Of a DNA stretch of 64,000 nucleotides, positions 48,021 through 56,903 are shown in pieces. Within the stretch, counting starts at the first letter, position 1. Each line of letters opens with the position of its first letter. The translations under genes were made by a program, and so were the position numbers. The notes under the pieces were generated by a model that saw nothing but the letters and a program-made list of their open reading frames with translations, was not told where the DNA came from and ran no database searches. Origin of the DNA: Thermoplasmata archaeon (GTDB lineage: Archaea > Thermoplasmatota > Thermoplasmata > GCA-020350865); NCBI GenBank assembly GCA_020348445.1, contig CP070751.1, positions 3,755,189 to 3,819,188 on the forward strand, in the 5' to 3' direction.

Positions 48021-51000
48021 TCGATTTCCTCCTTCTGAGGTTTAATGGATTGTTCTATCGGATTCAATGGATTGGGCCCGAGCTCTTTGACCTTGTTTAC
48101 GAACTCTGTCATGACCTCTGCAAATCTTTTTCCTTCGGATGCAGAGATCCATTCTAATCGAACACGCCTTTCATCCATACCCAACAATCCTATAAGTTCT
48201 TTTACGTTTTTGACCCTAATTTCCGCCTTCTCATTTCCTGATATATAATGGCAGTCGCCGATATGACAGCCTGCAACCAGTATACCATCCACTCCTTTAT
48301 GAAGTGCTTCCATAATAAATGATGGGGAGATTCTTCCCGAGCACATCACCCTTATCACCCTGATATTTGGCGGGTACTGAAATCTGGAAACACCTGCCAA
48401 ATCAGCCCCGGCATAGGCACACCAATTGCAGCAGAATGCTAGTATGAAGGGTTCAAATTCCTCCCTCAATTTATGCCCTTCAAGTGCAGAGTCTATCATG
48501 GTATGAATCTGATCATTTTTGAAATGCTTTGTAATGATGGCGTTATTGCAGCAACTTGCAGCACATGCTCCGCAGCCCTTGCATAAAGCCTCATTGATTT
48601 TCGAATGCTTTTTCCCTTCATCATCTGTAATGAGCTCGGGGGCGCCGAACTCACAGATATCGACGCATTCTCCACATCCTCGACATTTTGACTCGTCAAC
48701 AACAGAGATTACAGCATTTGCTTCAAAGAATTTTTTAGAAAGCAAAGTTGCAGCCCTTGATACCGTCCCCTTAGCCTGTGAAATACATTCCTCCAAGAAT
48801 TTTGGTGAATGCGCAAGCCCGCACAAAAAGACCCCCTCGGTTGCGAAATCCAAAGGACGTAATTTCATATGAGCCTCCAGGAAAAATCCATCCTTGGAGA
48901 GGGGAACCTTAAGCATCTTGGCGATTTTTTCATTGTCGACACTGGGTATTGTGGCTGTGCTTAGAACCAAAAGATCTGGATTGATATCGATATTTTCACC
49001 TAGAAAATGATCGAAAATTGATACAGAAAGCTCACCACCTGCAAGCTGAACATCGGGCTTTGAATCGTCATAGTACCTGATGAATATTATACCTGATCTT
49101 GCAGCCTCTTCATAGAAGATCTCGCGAAAGCCGTATGTTCTCATGTCCTTGTATAGGATGTATATATTTGCTTCGGGATTCAATTCCTTCAACTTCAAAG
49201 CATTTTTCACGGCCTCTGAGCAGCAGACCCTGCTGCAATATGTCCGTGTCTCATCCCTGCTTCCCACACACTGAATCATAACTACTGTCTTTGCATCCAC
49301 TTGGCCTTTTCCTAATCTCTCTTCAAAATCCAGTTGGGTGATGATCCTCTCATCCTGGCCGTATAGGTACTCTTTAGGCTCGTAACTGATGCCGCCGGTA
49401 GCAACGATAACGGCTCCATGTTCCAATGTCTTCTCCTCGCCGTTTTCAGAAATAGTGGTTTTAAAATCTCCCACACAACCCTCGATATTCTTGATTTCAG
49501 AATTTACATACACATTTATCTTATCATTGGAATTGATCTTGTCTATGGTTTCCTTTAAAAATTCCTGAAGATTTTCTCCGGTGAGCATATAATGCAGCCG
49601 CTTGAGATTTCCTCCAAGTTCCTTCTCTTTTTCAACGATATGAGCAGCAAATCCATGCTCAGCCAATTCCAAGACAGCCATCATACCCGATATTCCACCG
49701 CCTATGACAAGGGCCGATTGATTTATGGGAATTTCCACTTTATACAATGGTTCAAGCAATCTCGTTTTTGAAATGGCCATTCTCACAAGGTCCTTAGCCT
49801 TCCTTGTTGCAGCCTCTGGCTCGTGCATGTGAACCCATGAGCACTGATCGCGGATATTAGCCATTTCAAAGAAGTATGGATTCAACCCCGCCTCTCTTAC
49901 AGTATTCTGAAAAAGCGGTTCATGGGTTCGGGGTGTACAGCTGGCCACGACAACGCGGTTGAGATTATGCTCCTCTATTTTTGATTTGATTTTTTGCTGC
50001 GTGTCCTGTGAACATGTGTAGGGGTTACTCTCTGCATAAACAACATTAGGTAGGTTTTTAACGTACTCCACAACCTCTGGAACCTTAACTACACCACCTA
50101 TGTTGATTCCGCAGTGGCAAATGAATACTCCCAAACGGGGCTCCTCCTGGGCTACCTCTTTTTCAGGTGGATACTCCTTTACTTCAACAAGTTTGTCCCT
50201 CTCGGACGCAATCAAGGACGAAGCACATGCAGCAGCACCGCTTGCTTGGGCCACAGTATCTGGAATATCCTTTGGAGCCGAAAATGCCCCTGAGACGAAA
50301 ACCCCTTTCCTGTTTGTCTCAAGAGGTGAAGTAACACTTGTTTCGCAAAAGTTGTAATCATTTAACTCAACACCCAATTTCTCGGCGAGCTCCAAGGCAG
50401 TATCTGGTGAGTCCATGCCAACAGAAAGAACAACCAGATCGAACTCTTCTTCCTTTAACTCCCCCTCGTCAACATAATTCAATATTAAATTGTTGGTGTT
50501 TTTATCCTCTTTTACTCCCGAGACCCTGTTGTTCTTCACAAACCCGATTCCATGCTCCTCTTCTGCTCTAATGTAATAATCATCAAATTCCTTGCCAAAT
50601 GCCCGCATGTCCATAAAGAATATGGTTGATTTTAACCCAGGTGCATGCTCCTGTGCTATTACAGCCTCCTTGATTGCGAACATGCAACATACAGATGAGC
50701 AATATGGATTTCCAGACGTCCTATCTCTGGAACCAACACATTGAATAAATGCAACTTTTTTTGGAATCTCGCCGTCAGAGGGTCGCAGAACCAATCCATT
50801 GAAGGGTCCTGTGGCACTGAGCATGCGCTCCATTTCCAAACTTGAGATCACATTTGGGAATTTTCCATAACCATATTCCTTGCGTTTTGATAGAATGTCA
50901 AATTCCTTAAATCCAGGTGACATGATGATGGAGCCAACTTGTATATTGATCTCCTTTTTTTCCTGGGAATATTTTATGGCCTCTGCCTCACACTGGGTCT

Positions 51001-51433
51001 CGCAGAGCCCGCAGCCAATGCATATCTCCTGGTCAATACAATGAACAGGTGGAACAGCTTGAGGATACTTTACATGGATGGCTTTTCTTCTCTTTAGGCC
51101 CTTGTTGTACTCGTCCTTTACTTCAATGGGGCATCTTTGTGTACAAATACCGCATCCCGTACAACGACTTTCATCCACATATCTCGGCCTCTTGGTGAGG
51201 GTGACCTTGAAATTTCCTGCTCCTCCTTCTACATTCTCCAAATCTGCATTTGTGATGAGCTGGATATTGTGATGGCGTCCAGTCTCCACAAGTTTGGGAG
51301 CCATGATGCACATTGCACAATCATTTGTAGGGAAGGTCTTATCAAGCTGGGACATTGCCCCACCGATGCTGGGGCTGTTATCGAGGACATAGACTTTGAA
51401 TCCTGAATCTGCCAGATCCAGTGCAGACTGCAT
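48008..51433 (-). CDS. hdrA: HdrA (two-module long form) fused C-terminally to an MvhD domain (1141 aa as called); N-terminus lacks a canonical start
   Basis: Full HdrA motif set, then a C-terminal FEPFILAFCCNWCAYAGADLAG..GCHIGDCHY MvhD domain. The called ATG (MQSALDLA) falls after the GGGISG FAD motif. The in-frame upstream stretch KKVGAILIIGGGISG contains no ATG/GTG/TTG before the stop at 51572. Confidence 0.8.
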   Translation of the reverse strand: MQSALDLADSGFKVYVLDNSPSIGGAMSQLDKTFPTNDCAMCIMAPKLVETGRHHNIQLITNADLENVEGGAGNFKVTLTKRPRYVDESRCTGCGICTQRCPIEVKDEYNKGLKRRKAIHVKYPQAVPPVHCIDQEICIGCGLCETQCEAEAIKYSQEKKEINIQVGSIIMSPGFKEFDILSKRKEYGYGKFPNVISSLEMERMLSATGPFNGLVLRPSDGEIPKKVAFIQCVGSRDRTSGNPYCSSVCCMFAIKEAVIAQEHAPGLKSTIFFMDMRAFGKEFDDYYIRAEEEHGIGFVKNNRVSGVKEDKNTNNLILNYVDEGELKEEEFDLVVLSVGMDSPDTALELAEKLGVELNDYNFCETSVTSPLETNRKGVFVSGAFSAPKDIPDTVAQASGAAACASSLIASERDKLVEVKEYPPEKEVAQEEPRLGVFICHCGINIGGVVKVPEVVEYVKNLPNVVYAESNPYTCSQDTQQKIKSKIEEHNLNRVVVASCTPRTHEPLFQNTVREAGLNPYFFEMANIRDQCSWVHMHEPEAATRKAKDLVRMAISKTRLLEPLYKVEIPINQSALVIGGGISGMMAVLELAEHGFAAHIVEKEKELGGNLKRLHYMLTGENLQEFLKETIDKINSNDKINVYVNSEIKNIEGCVGDFKTTISENGEEKTLEHGAVIVATGGISYEPKEYLYGQDERIITQLDFEERLGKGQVDAKTVVMIQCVGSRDETRTYCSRVCCSEAVKNALKLKELNPEANIYILYKDMRTYGFREIFYEEAARSGIIFIRYYDDSKPDVQLAGGELSVSIFDHFLGENIDINPDLLVLSTATIPSVDNEKIAKMLKVPLSKDGFFLEAHMKLRPLDFATEGVFLCGLAHSPKFLEECISQAKGTVSRAATLLSKKFFEANAVISVVDESKCRGCGECVDICEFGAPELITDDEGKKHSKINEALCKGCGACAASCCNNAIITKHFKNDQIHTMIDSALEGHKLREEFEPFILAFCCNWCAYAGADLAGVSRFQYPPNIRVIRVMCSGRISPSFIMEALHKGVDGILVAGCHIGDCHYISGNEKAEIRVKNVKELIGLLGMDERRVRLEWISASEGKRFAEVMTEFVNKVKELGPNPLNPIEQSIKPQKEEIECPQ

Positions 51434-51537
51434 GCCTGAGATTCCGCCACCTATTATGAGAATCGCGCCTACCTTTTTTGATTCAGCTTCCTTAATGACT
51501 GAAGCAGCTTCTACCTCGACCTGTCCATCCTTTGCCT

Positions 51538-51861
51538 CTATCCCACCACCCCCTTCCCTGAAAGCAATCCTCTAATGCACACCGAGAAATGACAGGCATC
51601 GCTTCTTGCCCTCTCGCAGCTGTGGCATCTTAACGTGAGAAGTAATTCTCTTGTGATTTTCTTTCTTGTCTCTTCATCTATATCGGGGAGGTTTTCCTTG
51701 CAATCCTGAATGATCTTATTTTGAACCTGAGCCCAGGCGGGTAAGGTGGAGACCTTGTATTTTTTTCTCCAAGAGTTGCGAATATTTTTGATCTTGTCCA
51801 ACTCTTCTTCTTTTATTTCCTTGTCACCATTATTAATTTCCATTTTTGTTCCCCTATTCAA
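51538..51861 (-). CDS. Conserved small Cys4 protein (paralog)
   Basis: ..LPDIDEETRKKITRELLLTLRCHSCERARSDACHFSVCIRGLLSG. Confidence 0.6.
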   Translation of the reverse strand: MNRGTKMEINNGDKEIKEEELDKIKNIRNSWRKKYKVSTLPAWAQVQNKIIQDCKENLPDIDEETRKKITRELLLTLRCHSCERARSDACHFSVCIRGLLSGKGVVG

Positions 51862-52652
51862 TCACTTTGGACATAGTTATATATTGGAGATGAGCCTTCG
51901 ATTTTCTCCAGGCCCACCAATCCCCTGTCCCGAAGTACCACCAGGTGTTCTAGGACCTCTCTTGAGGGGGTTTTAATGTCCTGGGCTATATCTTTGACTG
52001 ACCTGGACTTTTTCATAAGTGACCTCAGAATTCTTTGTCTGAGCATCTCCTCCTCAATAATTTCATCCAGTATCCCATCAAATCGTTCATCTTCGATTTT
52101 GTTGTTGTAGACATTCCCCTTTTCAATTATGTTGTATGCTTTTGCGCAAAGTAATCTCAACCTGAAATCGTTGGCTGCATCCCTTGCTATTAACAATTGC
52201 TCCATAATTTTCAGGTCAGGGGATTTGCCCGAGATCGGGCTTGGCCCAAGTTCCTTAATTTTGTTGGTCATGTCCTTCATTATTTCGGCAAATCTAACAG
52301 ATTCTGATGCAGAGACCCATTCCAATCTTAGCCTCTCTGGGTTCAACCCTACCCTTTGAAGCAGACTCTTGGTCATTTCTATCCTATACACTGTATGATA
52401 ATTACCCTCCATGTAGTGACAGTCCCCGGGATGGCACCCGCCAATAAATACTCCATCAATACCCTGTATGAACATCTCCAGTATTATGGAAGGCTCGATT
52501 CTGGAACTGCACATGACCCTAACGATTCTGATATTATGGGGGTACTGTATCCTGCTCACACCTGCCAAATCGGCTCCGGCATAACAGCACCAATTACAAA
52601 GGTAGCCTATTATCTTTGGATCGAACTCATCCAATGCCCCATCCCCATTCAC
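51858..52652 (-). CDS. mvhD: MvhD-type protein with C-terminal wHTH-like extension (264 aa)
   Basis: MvhD core (FDPKIIGYLCNWCCYAGADLAG..GCHPGDCHY) plus C-terminal SVKDIAQDIKTPSREVLEHLVVLRDRGLVGLEKIEGSSPIY. Confidence 0.8.
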   Translation of the reverse strand: MNGDGALDEFDPKIIGYLCNWCCYAGADLAGVSRIQYPHNIRIVRVMCSSRIEPSIILEMFIQGIDGVFIGGCHPGDCHYMEGNYHTVYRIEMTKSLLQRVGLNPERLRLEWVSASESVRFAEIMKDMTNKIKELGPSPISGKSPDLKIMEQLLIARDAANDFRLRLLCAKAYNIIEKGNVYNNKIEDERFDGILDEIIEEEMLRQRILRSLMKKSRSVKDIAQDIKTPSREVLEHLVVLRDRGLVGLEKIEGSSPIYNYVQSD

Positions 52653-55600
52653 TTGATCTCCTCCTCAAGCAATGGCAACCCTTGAGCTATTAGCTGGTCC
52701 AAGGTGTAATGATTCATGGTAATTGCCCGCTCGGGACACGCGGCGGCACAAGAACCACAACCTTGGCAAAGGGCCTCCATGGTTCTCATTTTCTTCTTCC
52801 CTTCCACTGGCTGTATGGCTCCATAAGGGCATACCTGCTCGCATGTTTTACATCCAATACACCTTTCCTCATCTATCCATGAGGTGATGGGTTCGTTTTG
52901 GGCAAATCCTCTAATCATTGGAATTGCCGCCTTCATTGCGGCTCCACTTCCCTGTACAAGGGACTCGGCTATATTCTTGGGGCTCTGAAGGCATCCTGCA
53001 AGATAAATTCCCTCGACACTGGCCTCGATGGGTGCCAGTTTGATGTGCTTTTCCATACAAAAGCCGCTTCCGCATTGAGTCACCTTAAAATGTCGAAGCA
53101 AATCAGAAGTATCAGGATGATGTGCAACCATTCCCAAAACGAGAATAACTGTGTCCACATTGAGCTCCAATTCCTCTTCTGAGAGTTCATCGAAAACGAG
53201 AATCCTGGCTGATCCCTTCAGATCTTCAACCTTTGGTTTGTTATTGAATTCATATTTTATGAACTGGACACCGAGCTCACAGGCCTTCCTGTACATCTCC
53301 TCCCCGCCTTTACCATAGGTTCTGATATCTCGGTAAAGAACCATCACATTGATTCCCATCTTTTTCAGCTGGATTGCCTGTTTCATGGTGGTTTTACAGC
53401 AGTATCTCGAGCAATCACCAATTCCTTCAGTGCCCTTGCGATCAAAGAGCCGCTCGCACAAAGGATCTCGGGAGCCTACACACATGATAAATGCTATGCT
53501 TTTTGGCTCTCTATCGTTGATTACGATCTCGCCCTTTGTGGGGCCTTCGGGATTCAGTAACCTCTCAAGGCCAATATTGCTGATTACGGTGATTGCCTCA
53601 AGGCTATCTGGGCTGTCCTCGTAACAGTATTCCCCCTGTGGATCGTATACATCAGAGCCGATCGCCAAGACAACTGTTCCGGCCTTAAGCCGTTTAAAGT
53701 CGTTATCAAGGTACTTGATTGATTCTGGGGTTATGGCTCCTGTGGGACATACTTCGGCACATTTACCACATTGATTGCAATCCCTGACCACGATGTTGTA
53801 AGACTTGGGCCATGAATTTGGGTGCATGTATATGGCTTTGCGTGTTGATATCCTCCTGTCAAACAGGTAATGGGATGTAACAGGACACACATCTTCACAT
53901 CTACCGCATGCATCACATTTTTCAATATCCACTCCCCTTGCCCTTTGTGTTATCTCAACCTCGAAATTGCCAAGGTAGCCTTCCACATTCGTAACCTCGG
54001 ATTTCAAATGGACCTTGATATTGGGTCTTCTATCTATTGCTTGGTACATCCTGTCCAATATTATATGGGATGGTTGGCTTTCTGGAAATACCTCTCCCAG
54101 CTGTGCCACCCTACCTCCGAGGTATGCGGCCTTCTCAACAAGATTCACATCAAAACCCATGTTAGCAAGGTCAATTGCACTGCGCATCCCTGCTATTCCA
54201 CCTCCAATTACCAGGGCACTTCTTTCGATCTCGATACTTTTCGGATAGAGCGGTTGTAGATAAGCAGCCTTGGCAACAACCATGCTGATAAGGTCCTTGG
54301 CCTTTTCTGTGGCTTTCTCAGGCTCCTGCATGTGAACCCAGGAGCATTGATCCCTGATATTTGCCATCTCAAATAGGAATGGATTTAGCCCGGCTTTCTC
54401 GCAGGTATCCCTAAATATCGGTTCATGTGTTTTTGGTGTGCATGAGGCAATGACCACCCTATTTAGATTCTTTTCCTTTATCATATTTCCTAGATGTGTC
54501 TGGGAATCCTCTGAACACGTGTAGAGATTCTCCTCGGCATAGACCACATAAGGTAGGGTATTGGCATGCTCAACCACCTTGGGCACATCCACTATACCGC
54601 CTATATTTATGCCACACCGGCATACAAAAACACCAATTCTAAGCTCCTCTGGCTCCCCACCTTCCTCGGGTTTTGTAATATCTTCTTTTATCTCTTCCCT
54701 CTCTATGACGTCCTTTAACCATAACATCGTCCTGGAAGCTGCGGCACTTGCCTCGGCAACACTGTCAGGAATATCCTTCGGGCCAAGGGCACAACCTGCA
54801 AGGGAGATACCGGGTTTAGTGGAATCCACGGGCAATGCATTGATGTGCCTCTCTTTGAAAAATCCGTTTTCATCCAGTTGAATACCAAGAATCTCGGCCA
54901 ATTTACCGTTACTTTTATTGGGGATGATGGTCGTGGAAAGTATTACCAAATCCCCTTTGATTTCCATGGTCTCTCCTTTCTTTATATCACCGACCCGAAC
55001 GAGGATATCATTAGTGTCTGGATCCTCGATAATCTCAGCAGGCTTGCCTTTTACAAAATCGATTAAGATTTCGTCTTTGGCCCTGAGATAGTAATTTTCA
55101 AAGTGCTTGCCATAGGCTCTGATATCCATGTATAAAATGTGCATCTCCTCGATATTTGGGTCATGCTCCTTGGCTATCATGGCCTCCTTTATGGAATGCA
55201 TGCAGCAAACGGCAGAGCAGTAGCTGCATCTGTTAACATCACGAGAGCCGACACATTGAATAAATACAACGCTCTTCGGTGGTTTGCCGTCAGACGGTCT
55301 AAGAATCTTGCCCTGAGTAGGACCCGATGCACTCATGAGCCTTTCGAACTCTAATGAAGAGATAATATTCACGTACTGGTCATATTTATACTGGGGAACC
55401 ATGGAGGGAGGCAGGATATCGTATCCTGTGGCAACTATTATCGCACCCACATCCAATAGAATTTCTATATCCTTTTGCTCAAAGTCTATGGCACCCCGTA
55501 AGCAAGCTTTTTCGCATAACCTGCACTTCCCTTTTAAAAAATAGGTGCAATTCTCAGAATCGATGGTATATATCAACGGTACCGCCTGTGGAAATGGGAT

Positions 55601-56002
55601 GTAAATTGCCTTTCTATGGGTCATTCCCATATCAAATTCAGAGGGTACTTTCTTAGGACATTTCTCAGCACATGTTCCACAACCAGTGCACTTTTCTTCG
55701 TCGATGTACCGTGCATGCTTCAATATCTTAACTTTAAACTCCCCAGCCTTTCCTTGGCACTCCAAAAGCTCTGAATTTGCCAGAATCTCGATATTTGGAT
55801 GTCTTCCAGCCTCTACTAATTTAGGCGAGAGAATGCACATAGAGCAATCGTTTGTCGGGAAGGTCTTGTCAAGTTGTGCCATCTTGCCCCCCAGTGAGGG
55901 GGACTTCTCAACAAGATATGTCTTAACACCAGCATTTGCCAAATCCAGTGCCGCTTGAACACCGGCAATACCGCCACCTATTACAAGCACACCTTTATTC
56001 AT
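52649..56002 (-). CDS. hdrA: HdrA-like flavoprotein, long variant with extra ferredoxin insert (1117 aa)
   Basis: N-module (VLVIGGGIAGVQAALDLA, FPTNDCSMC). HdrA Cys-domain (VFVCRCGINIGG, ASCTPKTHEPIF, IRDQCSWVH). Second FAD motif (GGGIAGMRSAIDLA). Additional CDACGRCEDVCP / CNQCGKCAEVCP and C-terminal CIGCKTCEQVCP / CQGCGSCAAACP clusters. Confidence 0.85.
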   Translation of the reverse strand: MNKGVLVIGGGIAGVQAALDLANAGVKTYLVEKSPSLGGKMAQLDKTFPTNDCSMCILSPKLVEAGRHPNIEILANSELLECQGKAGEFKVKILKHARYIDEEKCTGCGTCAEKCPKKVPSEFDMGMTHRKAIYIPFPQAVPLIYTIDSENCTYFLKGKCRLCEKACLRGAIDFEQKDIEILLDVGAIIVATGYDILPPSMVPQYKYDQYVNIISSLEFERLMSASGPTQGKILRPSDGKPPKSVVFIQCVGSRDVNRCSYCSAVCCMHSIKEAMIAKEHDPNIEEMHILYMDIRAYGKHFENYYLRAKDEILIDFVKGKPAEIIEDPDTNDILVRVGDIKKGETMEIKGDLVILSTTIIPNKSNGKLAEILGIQLDENGFFKERHINALPVDSTKPGISLAGCALGPKDIPDSVAEASAAASRTMLWLKDVIEREEIKEDITKPEEGGEPEELRIGVFVCRCGINIGGIVDVPKVVEHANTLPYVVYAEENLYTCSEDSQTHLGNMIKEKNLNRVVIASCTPKTHEPIFRDTCEKAGLNPFLFEMANIRDQCSWVHMQEPEKATEKAKDLISMVVAKAAYLQPLYPKSIEIERSALVIGGGIAGMRSAIDLANMGFDVNLVEKAAYLGGRVAQLGEVFPESQPSHIILDRMYQAIDRRPNIKVHLKSEVTNVEGYLGNFEVEITQRARGVDIEKCDACGRCEDVCPVTSHYLFDRRISTRKAIYMHPNSWPKSYNIVVRDCNQCGKCAEVCPTGAITPESIKYLDNDFKRLKAGTVVLAIGSDVYDPQGEYCYEDSPDSLEAITVISNIGLERLLNPEGPTKGEIVINDREPKSIAFIMCVGSRDPLCERLFDRKGTEGIGDCSRYCCKTTMKQAIQLKKMGINVMVLYRDIRTYGKGGEEMYRKACELGVQFIKYEFNNKPKVEDLKGSARILVFDELSEEELELNVDTVILVLGMVAHHPDTSDLLRHFKVTQCGSGFCMEKHIKLAPIEASVEGIYLAGCLQSPKNIAESLVQGSGAAMKAAIPMIRGFAQNEPITSWIDEERCIGCKTCEQVCPYGAIQPVEGKKKMRTMEALCQGCGSCAAACPERAITMNHYTLDQLIAQGLPLLEEEIK

Positions 56003-56043
56003 CTGTTACTATCACCTTCTTTGAGGCTGTCAATTTATTTTGA

Positions 56044-56062
56044 GCGTAAAGTATATAATGCT
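56044..56062 (-). promoter_or_regulatory. Putative TATA box (TTATATAC on the minus strand) and promoter of the hdrA array
   Basis: AT-rich box ~50 nt upstream of the 56002 ATG, with a GAAGGTGATAG RBS in between. It sits in a 275-bp AT-rich intergenic region. Confidence 0.25.
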
Positions 56063-56277
56063 TTGTACTCCCATTTGGTTACTCATTGAATTATTATACT
56101 ATTAAAGACTTAATAATTATTAATATACATAACTTTTTCGTTGTAATTTTTGCGATATATAGAAGAAATTATGAACAATATCAACGATTATCGTCTCATA
56201 CATATCGTATAAGATATATGAAAACAGAATTCATTTAAGAATAAAAACAATTAAAAAAACTGCTTGCAATCAAGTTA

Positions 56278-56736
56278 TTATTCGGAAGCAGTTTCCACAG
56301 CTTCTAACATCTTCAAGTATCCAACAGGAAAATCGGGCTGTTGTGCACCTCTTATTAGATAATCAAGATATAATTTGGCGGGTCTTAAGTCAGATCCACA
56401 ATCTAAAGCCATATAGGTTACTGCCTCGAAATGCTCGTTGTTCCCATCCCTCACGGTAATGATGTTTCTCTGATATAGACCCTGGGGAACCCCTTCGTAA
56501 TCATCAAGTATTTCCAGCTGCTTTTCTGTCAACTCGTATAACACCCCTATAACCACCATATTTTTGTCTGGGATGATATTGGCATAACCGATTTTAGGAG
56601 TAGCTGAATTTACATTAAAAACCAGGCGATGTCTCTCTAAAAACGCTATCTTTCCCTCCTCAAAATCGCCTATTCTCTCCCAAAGTCTGGCTTCATCCAT
56701 GTTCGATCCATAGGCGAAGTATTTGTACTTCTTCAC
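56278..56736 (-). CDS. Gamma-glutamyl cyclotransferase / AIG2-like family protein
   Basis: N-terminal YFAYGSNM matches the YGSNL hallmark. 152 aa. Confidence 0.7.
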   Translation of the reverse strand: MKKYKYFAYGSNMDEARLWERIGDFEEGKIAFLERHRLVFNVNSATPKIGYANIIPDKNMVVIGVLYELTEKQLEILDDYEGVPQGLYQRNIITVRDGNNEHFEAVTYMALDCGSDLRPAKLYLDYLIRGAQQPDFPVGYLKMLEAVETASE

Positions 56737-56903
56737 TTAATCACATCATTTTGGGCAAGGCATCCAGATTAAATAATCGTTTTGCTGAATTTGTAATTAT
56801 TTTATTGGATAATCAAACAGAAGGTTTATAAAACCCCACTTTTATATAGATAAATTGCGCATTGGAGAGGGGAATCAAATATTACACATGAAAGTGGTTA
56901 CAT

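Noticed and set aside
23506-56002. Possible selenocysteine (in-frame TGA) in HdrA paralogs, as occurs in some methanogen HdrA
   Set aside because: All hdrA ORFs are uninterrupted, and Cys occupies the positions in question, so there is no in-frame TGA to support Sec.
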